A DNA stretch of 64,000 nt, from contig CAWFMQ010000014.1 of the NCBI GenBank assembly GCA_963816905.1, positions 172,715 through 236,714 on the forward strand, read 5' to 3'. A program made the translations under genes and the position numbers. Below are positions 10,129 to 21,958 of the stretch, one piece after another. The DNA is from an uncultured Chloroflexia bacterium (lineage in GTDB: Bacteria > Chloroflexota > Limnocylindria > Limnocylindrales > CSP1-4). The notes under the pieces were generated by a model. The model made no database searches and had not been told where the DNA came from. It saw nothing but the letters and a program-made list of their open reading frames with translations. Numbering within the stretch: the stretch's first letter is position 1; the number at the start of each line of letters is the position of its first letter.

Positions 10129-12000
10129 GTGACCAAGTTCCTGTTCTTCTCCGGTAAAGGCGGCGTCGGCAAGACGACCATGGCCTGCGCGACCGCAGTG
10201 GCCGAGGCCGACGCGGGTCGACGCGTGCTGATCGTCACCACCGATCCGGCGTCGAATCTCGCCGACGTCTTCGAGCAGCCGATCGGCCACGCGATCACCG
10301 CCATCGAACGGCGTGCCCAACCTCTGGGCGATGGAGATCGATCCCGACAAAGCGACCGCCGAGTACACCGATCGGACGCTCGCGCCCATCCGGGCGTGTT
10401 CCCCCCGCAGATCGTGCGCGTCATGGAGGAGCAGCTCGCCTCGCCCTGCACCGCGGAGGTGGCCGCCTTCGATCGATTCGCGGACTTCATCGACCCGGGC
10501 GCCCTCGACGTTGCGTCCGACCCGCGACCTTCGACCTCGTGATCTTCGACACGGCACCGACCGGGCACACCGTCCGGCTGCTGGAGCTGCCCGAGGCGTG
10601 GTCGAAGAGCATCTCGGAGGCCGAGGCGGGCAGCGGGCCAGACGTGCATCGGCCCGGCGGCGGCCATCGCCGACGCCAAGGCAAGTACGAGCGGGCACTC
10701 GCGGCGCTCCGCGACCAGGAGCGCGAACGCGCTTCGCGTTCGTGCTCCAGCCCGAGGCGACCGCGATCGCCGAGACCAAGCGAGCCGGCGCCGAGCTGGC
10801 CCGGCTGGGCATCGTGACCACCGAGCTGATCGTCAACGGGATCCTGCCGGCCGAGGAGGCGGATCGACGCCCTTCTTCGCGCTCGCGGATCGCGATGCAG
10901 GAGCGCTACCTCGCGCGAGATCGCGCCGGCAGCTGCCCGTGCCCACCCGCCGCGTCCCGCTGCTCGACGGCGAGGTGCGCGGCATCGCCCGGCTGCGGGC
11001 CTGGCGCCGCTCCTCGCCGATGCCCAGCGCCGCCGGCCCGGTCTTCGGCCGCGGTCGATCGCGGCGCCTCGGACGGCGCACCCACGACACGGCCGCCGCG
11101 ATCGCGACCCTGCGGCCGGCGGCCGGACCGCGGACGGTCTTCTTCGCCGGCAAGGGCGGCGTCGGCAAGACGGCGGTCTCCTGCGCCACCGCGGTCTGGT
11201 CGGCCGGCCAGGGCTACCGGACCCTGCTCGTCACGACGGATCCCGCGGCGCACATCGGCGAGGTCCTGGGCGAAGTCGTCGAGACCGAGCCGACGCCGGT
11301 CGCATGGCGTCGACGGCCTCTGGGCGGCGCGCGTCGATGCCAAGGCCGCGGCGATCGCCTACACCGACCGGATCATCGCCGACGCCGTCGCGCGCGGCCG
11401 CAGCCCGCAGTCGATCGCGGCGATGCGCGAGGAGCTCGACTCCCCGTGCACCGAGGAGATGGCGGCGTTCGACCAGTTCATCGAGCTCGCCAGCCGGCAC
11501 ACCTTCGACGTGACGATCTTCGACACGGCACCGACCGGCCACACGATGCGCCTGCTCGAGCTCCCGATCGACTGGAGCCGCCAGCTCGACGTCAAGGTCT
11601 TCGCGTCGGTCGACGGCGATGCGGCCGACGACGTCGCCAAGGCCCGCTTCGCGGGCGTCATCGACATGATGCGCGACCCCGCGCGGAGCACCTTCGCCTT
11701 CGTCATGTACCCGGAGGCGACCCCGATCGTCGAGGCCAGCCGCGCGATCGACGAGCTCGCCTCGCTCGGCATCCCGCTCGGGCTCGTCGTCGCGAACATG
11801 GTCCTGCCCGAGGAGGCCTGCCGGACACCGTTCGCGCGGGCCCGTCGGCAGATGCAGCAGGCGCTACCTCGGCGACATCGAGGGACGCTTCACGGCGCCC
11901 GTCCTCGAGGTGCCGCTCCTCGACGGCGAGGTCATCGGCCTCGAGCGGACTCAGCGAGCCCTCTTCGCCGCCGGCCATGGGCCTGGTCGCGGTTCCCGCA
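10129..12000 (+). pseudogene. arsA: Arsenite-translocating ATPase ArsA (two-domain), many frameshifts
   Basis: N-half FFSGKGGVGKTT ... DTAPTGHT; second half FFAGKGGVGKTA ... FDTAPTGHTMRLLELP. Both halves are split over all three frames (ORFs 10129.., 10313.., 10539.., 10939.., 11910..). Confidence 0.8.
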
Positions 12001-12897
12001 TAGCCGGAGGCACCGATGCTTCAACAGCAACCCACGATCCGGCGGCTCGCCGCCGCCAGCCAGGCCGCCGAGATCGATGCCTCGCGGCCGGCGCGACCTT
12101 CGGGCCGAGCCTCGCGCGACCCCGGAGTTCGTCCGCCTCTGCTCCGGCGTCGGCGCGCGCTGGGAGCGGATCCGGTCGCCCAGGCCGCGATCAGCGCATA
12201 CGAGGCGAGAAGCAGGAGGACTACCGGGTCGAGGCGGCGATGAACCTGCTCGAGCCAGGAGCGAGAGCGACCGGCCGAGCTCGGCTGCTCAACGCGCGAT
12301 GTATCGCCGTGCCCTCCGTGGTGGCCTACGTCGCGGCCCACGGCCGCGTTCGGGGACCTCTGCCGCGAGACGTCGGCGGTCATCAGCGGCCTGATCGGGA
12401 TCGACTTCGCCGCCAACAGCCGCTCCGGCGGCTGCTGCGGCGGTGAGGGAGGACACCATGCTCAGCACCGAGACTCCACGAGGCGGCCGTCGAGTTCGGC
12501 CGCGCTCTCCGCCAGGCGCCCGCCGTGTCTCGCCTACCGCGCGGCCGAGGCGGCGCTCGACGCGGATCCCGGTCGCCCAGGCCCTGATGGCGGACCTGCG
12601 CCGACCAGCAGGCGTTCATCGCGGCCCAGCAGCGCGGCGAGACGCCGGGCCCGAGCGCAGATCGAGGCCCTGCGGCTGGTGCCAGGCGGACGTCCGGGCG
12701 AACGAGACGATCATGGCCCACCTGCGGGCCACCAACGACGTGAAGGCCTTCCTGCCGACGGTCGCCACCGAGGTCAGCCGGGCGCTCGGCACCGACTACG
12801 CGAGGCTCATCGCTCCGACGAGCTGCTGAAGACCGACGCGGTGGACCGCGCCGAAAGGAGGTAGCGAATCCGGGTCCATGACGAGCGGATGATCCCG

Positions 12898-14150
<1,253 letters not shown>

Positions 14151-14303
14151 GCCGTGCGGCGCACGTCGGCCTTCGTCCGCCCATCACCCGAGCCAGCGCA
14201 TCGCGGCGCTCGACAGGTCCTCTTTCGGTGTAGGCGATCCCGCCGTTAGCGAGGGCGGAGGGGGTCGAGCGAGGGGGCCGCGGGGAGGCGATCGAAGGGC
14301 AGC

Positions 14304-14606
14304 ATGCGGGCAGCCGCCACCGCGAAGCGGGAGAACGGCTACCGCGAGTACAGCGACAGGGACCTCGCCCTGCTCCGGCTCGTGGTCAGCCTGCGTCGCA
14401 TCCGCCTCGGTCCCGAGGATGCCGGCCGCCTTGCGCGACTGTGCCTCGAACGCGGCGCCGTCGATGTCGACCTCGCACCGCTCCTCGCCGACCAGCGCGC
14501 GGCCATCGCCCGCCAGCGGCAGGACCTCGACCGCCTGGAGGACGAGCTCCTCGATCTCGAACTCACCATGTCTGCCGCGGGTCGCGCGGCCAGGGAGGGT
14601 AGGCCA
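14304..14606 (+). CDS. MerR-family regulator remnant (lacks N-terminal HTH helix), read in-frame into arsC
   Basis: ...NGYREYSDRDLALLRLVVSLRRIRLGPEDAGRL + coiled-coil matches the MerR effector/dimerisation region. No HTH was found in the frames checked upstream. No stop before the ArsC Met. Confidence 0.35.
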
Positions 14607-15071
14607 ATGTCCGACGCGCCGATCCACGTACTTTTCGTCTGCACGGGTAACTCGGCTCGCAGCCAGATCGCCGAGGCGCTCCTCGCTTACATCGGCGGCT
14701 CCGACTTCGAGGTCCGTTCCGCCGGAACCGAGCCGAGGGGAGTGGACCCGTACACGGTGCGCGTGCTCGGTGAGATGGGCATCGACTGGTCGCGGGCTAC
14801 CAGCAAGCCGATCGGCGACTTCCTCGGCGAGCAATTCGATTACGTGATCACCGTCTGCGACCGCGCACGCCAGACGTGCCCGGTGTTCCCTGGGTCGGAG
14901 AACTCGCTCCACTGGGGTCTGCCCGATCCTGCCGAGGTCGAGGGCAGCGATGAGGAGATGCTTGCCGCCTTCCGGACAACCCGCATGGCGCTGACGCAGC
15001 GGCTCCGTCCGTTCATCGAGGTCTCCCTCCGCGCGGCCGGCCGCACCCACCGTTCGGTGCTGGCCGGCTGA
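14607..15071 (+). CDS. arsC: Arsenate reductase, LMW-PTPase family (thioredoxin-coupled ArsC)
   Basis: RBS GGGAGGG 8 nt upstream of ATG 14607. HVLFVCTGNSARSQIAEALL (CX5R P-loop) ... DYVITVCD. Confidence 0.8.
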   Translation: MSDAPIHVLFVCTGNSARSQIAEALLAYIGGSDFEVRSAGTEPRGVDPYTVRVLGEMGIDWSRATSKPIGDFLGEQFDYVITVCDRARQTCPVFPGSENSLHWGLPDPAEVEGSDEEMLAAFRTTRMALTQRLRPFIEVSLRAAGRTHRSVLAG

Positions 15072-15309
15072 GAAGCGCACACTCGTGAGGTGCGCGCGCC
15101 CGATCGCTGAAGGGGCGAGCGAGCCAAGGCCATCCAGTGCGGCTTATGGTCGATGGCGATCGGGCTGGGCTGATGACTGATCGCGGGTGACGGCGACCCC
15201 ACTCATGGTGAACTACCAGAAGACGGCACGGGGGCCCCGCGAAGACACGATAACTGGACACGTTTCGCGCGGCTCTCGGAGCACGCTGCTGCTGCGCTCA
15301 GACGTCGCG

Positions 15310-15356
15310 GCCTTCCAAGCTGAATGTCGCGAGTTCGAACCTCGTCTCCCGCTCCA
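15310..15356 (+). repeat. 47-bp direct repeat (attR-like), partial tRNA-Gly 3' half
   Basis: Exact copy of 4070-4116. The upstream sequence cannot form the 5' half of a tRNA (no GCGGGAG acceptor strand). Confidence 0.8.
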
Positions 15357-15619
15357 CCCCCTGCGTTATTCACGTGGGAACGTCCTTGGCCGCTTCGTGC
15401 TCGCGCCGGGCGTGAGCGGTGCGCGTGGTTTCCCACGCAAATACAACAGGGGGCCGCTCCACTCCTCCCCGATCGTCCCGGCTGAATGCCGCGTCGGGAC
15501 GGGCCGCCCGTTGTCGCAAGGCCGCATCCGCCGCCCCGTCGGTGATCAGAGGCGGCGGAGACGTGACCCGGGAGTCCCCGCCCTGCGGAGACTGGGCGGG
15601 TCCGGTGCCCTGGCGAACC

Positions 15620-16741
15620 CTATTTGAACTGGTACGAGACCGGGATCTTTGTCTGGAAGAGCAGCCTGGTCTGGTTGGCGTTCCACATCTGAATGCGGAT
15701 CTGGTCCACCTTCACGGTTCCGTCGCTGATCGTGAACCAACCGCTGGCTGAACCGGTGCCCACCGGGTAGAGTGGCGATGGGTGTGCGGCATAGTTCGGG
15801 GTCAGCGCGCCACTCGTGAAGGGGCGCGCGAAGATGCGCACGCCGCCGGCGACGTTCGTCGTGTAGCTCATGACGAGCGTGACGCGGTCACCGAACTTGA
15901 GGATGTTCGGATTCGCCGGCCTGAGGGTGATGGAGTTCACGACGTTGGTCGGCGCCCTGAACTGGTAGGTGACCGGGACGACCGCCTGGAAGAGCAGCCT
16001 CGTCTGGTTCGCGTTCCACATCTGGAACCGGACCCCCGTCACGGTCGGCGCGCCACTGGTGATGGTGAACCATCCGCTGCCGGTCCCGGTGCCGACCGGA
16101 TAGAGCGGCGAGCCGGAAGCGGCATAGCTGGGGGTCAGGGAGCCACCGGTGAGAGGGCGCGCGAAGATGCGTACGCCGGCCGCCAGTGTTGTCGTGTAGT
16201 TGAACGAGACCGCGACCCGCTGGTTCCGCTTCAGCACGTTCGGCGTCGCCGTCAGCCCGATGTGGCTGATGACGTTCTTCGTGGCGCTCGTGAACTGGTA
16301 GTGGACCGGAATGAAGGCCTCGAAGAGGAGCGTTGTCTGGTTGGCGTCCAACACCTGGAAGCGGATCTGATCCACCGTCACGTTGCCGGTGGTGATCGTG
16401 AAGTTCCCACTTCCGACACCGGTCCCGACGGGATAGAGCGGCGAACCCGAAGCGGCGTAGCTGGGGGTGAGCGCGCCTCCCGTGAAGGGCCGCGCGAAGA
16501 TCCGCACTCCTCCGGCCTCACTGGTGGTGTAGCTGAAGGAGATGGTGATGCTGTCGTTGTCCTGGAGGATGTTCGGGGTGCGAGGTGCCAGCGAGATCTG
16601 CGTCACCAGGTGATCGGCCGAGATCGCAGGGCCCACCGCCGGCCCCGGGGCCGCAAAGGCCGCCGCGGGCACCGAGGCCGGCAGCATTAACGCCACGAGC
16701 AGAAGCGCGCTCGAGATCCAACGAAGAGTTGTTCTCTTCAT
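15620..16741 (-). CDS. Secreted protein with three tandem ~112-aa repeats (uncharacterised beta-rich domain)
   Basis: ATG at 16741 with GGGAGGA upstream. Signal peptide MKRTTLRWISSALLLVALMLPASVPAAAFA. Three repeats (...GGVRIFARP(F/L)TGG(A/S)LTP(S/N)YAA..SPLYPVGTG..) are also visible as ~336-bp DNA repeats. Confidence 0.6.
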   Translation of the reverse strand: MKRTTLRWISSALLLVALMLPASVPAAAFAAPGPAVGPAISADHLVTQISLAPRTPNILQDNDSITISFSYTTSEAGGVRIFARPFTGGALTPSYAASGSPLYPVGTGVGSGNFTITTGNVTVDQIRFQVLDANQTTLLFEAFIPVHYQFTSATKNVISHIGLTATPNVLKRNQRVAVSFNYTTTLAAGVRIFARPLTGGSLTPSYAASGSPLYPVGTGTGSGWFTITSGAPTVTGVRFQMWNANQTRLLFQAVVPVTYQFRAPTNVVNSITLRPANPNILKFGDRVTLVMSYTTNVAGGVRIFARPFTSGALTPNYAAHPSPLYPVGTGSASGWFTISDGTVKVDQIRIQMWNANQTRLLFQTKIPVSYQFK

Positions 16742-16899
16742 CCCCACAGCCCCATCCTCCCTGAGCAGACCAGTGCTCACTCCGCCATTGGGTCGGCCTC
16801 GATATTGGCCCTATGCGACCTTCGAGGCGACCACATGCAAACCCAGCGGTGGGAACCCATCGGGCTCCCGTGCCTTCCCCCCGCCTGGAGGCGCCCAGT

Positions 16900-17600
16900 A
16901 TGGAGGCTGCGTCGTCGAATAGATAGCGCGAAGGTGGACAATTCGGCCGACACGGACGCGCGCAGTGGCGTCCATCGTTCGGACGTCGAGAGCAGGCCCT
17001 CGCCCGGGGTGCGCGTCACCGCGACGATCGATGGGGCCTTCCCACCGCTCACGGATCCCCCGGTGCGTCACGGGCCCGCGCGGCGATCGACCCGGTCGAA
17101 GAAGAGCCCCGACTCCGCTTCGCCCCGTCCGGGCCGCGTCTCCCTCCCGCGCCAGGCAATGACCGAGCTCGACCGTCGCGAGCGGCAGGAGCCGGGATCC
17201 CCCCGCCGAACGGAATGAGCCAATCGCCCGTACCCGGGACTCGTGGACATGCACGGGTCCGGCGTCAAGGTCCAGGGTCGGGCTGCCGGTCGCGCTGATC
17301 GCGATCCCCGCAGAGCCGCCGTCGGCGAACGCGACCGCGAACACCAGCCTCGCGTCGGTGCCGCCCGGGACCGTAGCAGGTAGCGGACACCGAGCGCCTT
17401 GCCGAGTCCACCGCCCGGCTGATACGCGATGGCGGTCAGGCGCGGATCCCCTGCCAGCTCCACCAACCGCACGAGCGCGAACGTGAGCAGGCCCAGCCAG
17501 TCGGGGTGCTGGGCGGCCTGCTTGCTCTGGTCGAGCTGCTGTCCGGCCAGCTCGACCTCCTTCTCCCGCTCGCGAGGGCGCCATGGAGGAGCTGGTTGCC
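16900..17600 (-). CDS. Hypothetical protein, apparently frameshifted
   Basis: Protein-like stretches across two minus frames (..DWLGLLTFALVRLVELAGDPRLTAIAYQPGGG.. / ..ARLVFAVAFADGGSAGIAISATGSPTLDLDAGPVHVHESRV..). No family assigned. Confidence 0.2.
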
Positions 17601-18219
17601 CGATCGGGGGCTGCCGCCGCCTGGTTGGTGACGCCGTTGGCCGCCTGGCCGAGCACGAGGTCAGCGCATTCGCGAGCTGATCGACGCGGGCGGCCGGCTC
17701 ACGGCAGTGCCCGCAACCCGCTGATGGGCCGGTCGATGGAACGCCATGTGAAACGGGGCGCGACGGTTCCGGCGGGTGACGTCCCACGAGGCGGTGAGCC
17801 GAAGTTCGGACGGGAGCAGCCGTTGCCACGGGGCGTCGGCTGGTGCCGGGCCGAAGCCAACCCGGTACCTGCACCTTCGCCATGCCCGCCAGGTTCATGG
17901 CACGCTCCTTGAGGCGAGGGAGTTGCCGCTGTCGCTGATTCGCCCCGGGGGGGAGCCACCCGTCCGGGGACCGCTGTCAGACCTCGCCACGGACCCCTCC
18001 GCGGGGGTGACGAGGACTGACCGGGGCCAAGCTACTCGTTACGTCGGCCGACTGCAAGACATGTTGTGCCGGCCGGAGGGTGCGCGTCTCGAACGTGGTC
18101 CGTTCCCGGCGTGACCGTGAGGAGACGCTGACGCCTCGTTCGTCGGTCGGGACGGGAAGGCACGAAGATGACGTGCGCCCTTGCCAGCGCCGTGCGCACG
18201 CATATGATCCGCTCGCCAG

Positions 18220-20151
18220 ATGGTCAGGCGCACTCGGTCCATGGTTCTCTCGGCGGCGGTTCTCCTCGTCGCCGCCGCCTGTACGGCATCGCCACCGGTG
18301 GCGACTCCCGCCGCGACCGCGGCAGCCACATCGGGTTCGACGAGTGCCGCCACCGGCATCACGTCGCCGCCCACGCCTGCCGCCCTGAGCCCGGCCCCCT
18401 CGACGTTCCCGTCGCCTGCGGCTTCCTCGCCGATCGAGTCCCCGGCGCCGGCCTCGCCCGCACCGTCGGCGCCCGGGTTCGTACCGGGACCGGGCTGGCA
18501 GTCAGTCCTGGCGCAGATCGGATCGGATGGGACCGTCTCGAAGGCGGCCGCGGTCCAGGCGTTCTCGCTGGCATTCGGACCGCTCCCCGACGTCACGCCG
18601 CCGAGCGGCGCTCCCGGTTCGGTCCGCTCCGGCACGCTGGCGCTCCGCCTGCTGGTCAGCTTCTGGGACCAGCTGACAGCCGGGCAGCGGAGCGCCGCGA
18701 TCGCGCTCATCCCCGAGTTGGGCGGGCTCGGCAATACGGCGACGACGCCGGCCCTGGTCGCGGCGCCGGCGGTTGTCCGGCACGCCGGCGTGCCCGCCAC
18801 GAACGTGCCGCCCATGGCCCCGAAGCGGAGCAACGCCTTCTACACGCAGCTGGCCCAGCAGATGTTCGCCGAGATCGGCGCACACCTGACGACGCCTCTC
18901 TCGATCGGGCTGACGCTCGACGCCCACGTCGGTTCGGTGCAGCTCGCGAGTTCGGGCATGGAGACCGGCGTCTACAACGCCGCCGGCGGCATCACCGGCA
19001 AGCCGTCGAAATGCGTGATCGTGGTGTCTCCGCTCGGCGACGCTGCGAGCGACGCGGACGTGAACGCGATGATGGCCCACGAGACCTGGCACTGCTACGA
19101 GGGCGCGGTCATCGGCCTGGCGCGGTATTGGAGCCAGAACCCGGCTCCCTGGATCATGGAGGGTGAGGCCGACTGGATCGGCGCGACTCTCTTTCCGGAT
19201 GCGCCGACGAACCAGGGCGGCTGGCCCGACTACATCGAGAAGCCCGGCGCGATGCTGTTCACGCGCGCCTACTCGGCGCTCGGTTTCTACGCGCAGCTGG
19301 CCGCGGCCGGGATCGACCCGTGGGGCAAGCTCGTGCCGATCCTCGAGGCAACGAGCAACGCGGCGGCCTTTGTGGCTGCCGGTGCCGACGCCGATCCGTT
19401 CCTGGACTCGTGGGCATCCAGCTACCTGCGGGACCCGACGCGGGGAGCGCCGTGGGAGATCACCGGTCCGGCGGCACCCGGCGACACGGTCCGCGCCACG
19501 CCCACGGTCATCCAGCTCTCCAACGGCGGCTCGGCCCACGAGTCCGCGGCGCCGTACACCAACCTGATCGCGGTTCTGGGGTCGTCGCCGGACGTCATGA
19601 CCGCGACGTTCTCCGGGCATACCCGCGTCTCGGATGGTGCCGGCCACGACTACCTCGTCGGTGGGTCCGCCGCGTTCTGCCTCTTGAACACCGGCTGCGT
19701 GTGTCCCGGGGCTTCCGCGGAGCCTCCGCCGCTGCCGCTCGAGGGCGGAGCCGTGGCGCTGGCGGTCACGGGCGGGACGGGGGGTGCCGACGGAACCCTG
19801 GCCGGCATCTCATTTGCGGACTTCTGCTCGCCCATGACGGGAACATGGGTGGGCACGTGGCGCAACGACAACGGGCGGGCCCACGGCGACCTGACCGCCA
19901 CGTTCGTCCAGAAGGGCACTACCTTCTCCGGCACCGGCGAGGTCACGGGGAACACCTGCGTACGGCATGCGAACCTGACCGGCACCATCAACGGGGTCAA
20001 TATCACGTTCGGGTTCGCATCGGCCGCACGGCCAGTGACGTTCACCGGGGTCCTGAACAGGTCATCGATGTCGGGCACCTGGGAGGCGGTCGCCTGCGGC
20101 ACCGTGCAGGTCACGCTGACTGGGACATGGGAGTCGACGAAACAGAAGTAG
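18220..20151 (+). CDS. Lipoprotein, putative zinc metallopeptidase (HExxH)
   Basis: Signal peptide + lipobox (LVAAAC); long Pro/Ala/Ser linker; HETWH motif (MMAHETWHCYEG). 643-aa intact ORF. Confidence 0.55.
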   Translation: MVRRTRSMVLSAAVLLVAAACTASPPVATPAATAAATSGSTSAATGITSPPTPAALSPAPSTFPSPAASSPIESPAPASPAPSAPGFVPGPGWQSVLAQIGSDGTVSKAAAVQAFSLAFGPLPDVTPPSGAPGSVRSGTLALRLLVSFWDQLTAGQRSAAIALIPELGGLGNTATTPALVAAPAVVRHAGVPATNVPPMAPKRSNAFYTQLAQQMFAEIGAHLTTPLSIGLTLDAHVGSVQLASSGMETGVYNAAGGITGKPSKCVIVVSPLGDAASDADVNAMMAHETWHCYEGAVIGLARYWSQNPAPWIMEGEADWIGATLFPDAPTNQGGWPDYIEKPGAMLFTRAYSALGFYAQLAAAGIDPWGKLVPILEATSNAAAFVAAGADADPFLDSWASSYLRDPTRGAPWEITGPAAPGDTVRATPTVIQLSNGGSAHESAAPYTNLIAVLGSSPDVMTATFSGHTRVSDGAGHDYLVGGSAAFCLLNTGCVCPGASAEPPPLPLEGGAVALAVTGGTGGADGTLAGISFADFCSPMTGTWVGTWRNDNGRAHGDLTATFVQKGTTFSGTGEVTGNTCVRHANLTGTINGVNITFGFASAARPVTFTGVLNRSSMSGTWEAVACGTVQVTLTGTWESTKQK

Positions 20152-20393
20152 GGCGCAGGTCGACGCCGGGAGGGCGGGCCACCGACTCGGGTCCGTGTGG
20201 CCTCGGGCCGCGGACGAGGGCTGGTCCCGGCCGCCGCGCCGCAACTCATCCGTGGACGCCCGCGGGTTTCGGGTTTCGAAGACGCGCAGGGACGGCAATG
20301 GGAGGCTGATCGGGAACCGACACGACCGCAGGCGGGATCTTCGCGCTCGGTACCAGCGAGGTTCGCGCCCAAGACAGGTAAGATCCCCGGCAG

Positions 20394-20750
20394 ATGACGC
20401 AATTCGCGAACGGCCACGACATCGATCCCCAGGTGGCGCCGAGCGGCCCGGGCTGCGTCGAGTGCCTCGCCTCCGGTGGATGGTGGTTCCACCTGCGCCG
20501 TTGCGCGCTGTGCGGCCATATCGGGTGCTGCGACGCCTCCCCTTCGCAGCATGCGAGTCACCATGCATCCGATTCGCGGCATCCGGTCATCCAGAGCTAC
20601 GAGCCCGGAGAGGAATGGTTCTGGGACTACGCTGCGGAGGAGGAGGTCGAGGGACCGGCCCTCGCCCCGCCACGCCATCACCCGCTCGACCAGCCCACTC
20701 CCGGACCGGCCGGACACGTGCCGCGGAACTGGCAGCGATTGCTGCACTGA
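20394..20750 (+). CDS. UBP-type zinc-finger domain protein
   Basis: CVECLASGGWWFHLRRCALCGHIGCCDASPSQHASHHASDSRHP...EPGEEWFWDY: typical zf-UBP small protein of actinobacteria. Confidence 0.7.
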   Translation: MTQFANGHDIDPQVAPSGPGCVECLASGGWWFHLRRCALCGHIGCCDASPSQHASHHASDSRHPVIQSYEPGEEWFWDYAAEEEVEGPALAPPRHHPLDQPTPGPAGHVPRNWQRLLH

Positions 20751-21115
20751 CACGCCCGCGTGCGCGGGCGGACTTGACCGGAGGCCCGCGAACGCGGTTC
20801 GAACGGGCGTTGTCATCGAATGCCTCCTCAGGGCATGCGCTCGGGCGCCGGCCCGCTGACGGCGACCTCACCGCTCTGGATCAGCCCGATCTGTGCCAGG
20901 TCGTCCGGAGAGAGCCGGAACTCGGCCGCCGGAGCAGTCTGGCGAAGCTGCTGCGGCGGCTCGCCTGGGACTACCTGGTCGTGAGCCGCACCGATGGTGG
21001 GTTCAGCCCGGCGGCACGTGAACTGCTGCGACGCGTCCTGGCACCGCTCGAGAGCAGCGGCCTGGCGGCTGGGGGGCATGCGCCGGTCGGCTGATCGCGT
21101 CGCGCCATCCGGCCG

Positions 21116-21559
21116 TCACGCGGCGAGCGGCTCCGTAGGCGTGACCAGCACGATCGAGATGGGTCGGTCCGTCCGGGCCTGGTATCCCTCGTACCGGTGG
21201 TGGTTGTTCTCGTTGGCGAGCCGCCAGAGGCATGGATAGTCGGGATTCGCCGCTTCGACGACGCGGGCGCGGCCGGCGGCGCGGCGACGCGCGACCTGCA
21301 GTTCCACCTCCGGCGAGGCCGTGATGTTGAGCAGCCACCCCGGCGGTCGAGGGAGGCCGGCGTTCGAAGCCACGAGAACGTAGTCGGCACCGTCGCGCAC
21401 GTAGGTCAGCGCCGACGTCCGGACCTTGCCGGTGCGTCGGCCGGTCGTGCGGAGGAGGAGCGTCGGAACGCCGACGAGCCGGTGGCCGATCCGTCCGCCG
21501 GTTCGTTCATAGACGGCCTGGTGCATGCGGAGGAATCCGTCCTGGAGCCGCGACTGCAT
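21116..21559 (-). CDS. Deazaflavin (F420)-dependent nitroreductase family protein (DDN/PNPOx-like)
   Basis: ...GVPTLLLRTTGRRTGKVRTSALTYVRDGADYVLVASNAGLPRPPGWLLNI... matches the DDN family. The start may alternatively be at 21613. Confidence 0.75.
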   Translation of the reverse strand: MQSRLQDGFLRMHQAVYERTGGRIGHRLVGVPTLLLRTTGRRTGKVRTSALTYVRDGADYVLVASNAGLPRPPGWLLNITASPEVELQVARRRAAGRARVVEAANPDYPCLWRLANENNHHRYEGYQARTDRPISIVLVTPTEPLAA

Positions 21560-21958
21560 CGCTTGGAGGTTGCTCACCCGGGCAGTGTGACCGGCCCGTT
21601 CACGGGCGTCCACCGGTGTAGGCTTCCGGCAGGCGGCTCGAGCCCGTCGTGCTCGTTTTCCGGATCGCCGGCGGTCCGTGACCTGCCGGCCCCGCGGAGG
21701 CAGGCGCGCACGTCCGGCAATTCGTCACGCCGCCGGGAGCACCGCCAAGAAGGTCAACCCTGAGAATGTCCGGATCTGCCGGCACACCTCGACGCCATCG
21801 CGCCCCGGCAGCATGAGAGCGAGGATGACGGCGTCGGGTGCTCCGCGCGCACCAGCGCCAGCCGGTCCGGCCGTGCGGGCCGAGAAGCGCCGTGTCCCGC
21901 CGCAGGCCGCGCGAACGCTGCTCGACCCAGGGGGGCCTACACGATCTCGCCTGAAATT

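Noticed and set aside
10313-12394. 693-aa ORF as an independent gene
   Set aside because: It is one of the three frames into which the ArsA coding sequence is scattered. Most of its translation is non-protein-like.
15310-15356. Second tRNA-Gly gene
   Set aside because: Only the 3' 47 nt of the tRNA are present. The upstream sequence cannot supply the acceptor 5' strand or D-arm. Interpreted as an attachment-site repeat instead.
15400-15620. GC-rich inverted repeats (CGTCCCG…CGGGACG; CCCGCCC…GGGCGGG) as intrinsic terminators
   Set aside because: Stems exist, but no U-tract follows on either strand. The hairpins may be incidental in 70% GC DNA.
15782-16690. 302-aa plus-strand ORF
   Set aside because: Antisense to the triple-repeat secreted protein. 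His/Arg/Gly-rich with no signal or domain features.
20816-21094. Possible small gene downstream of the zf-UBP protein (…LAKLLRRLAWDYLVVSRTDGGFSPAARELL…)
   Set aside because: Protein-like, but no in-frame start codon and an equally long antisense ORF. It cannot be supported as a feature.
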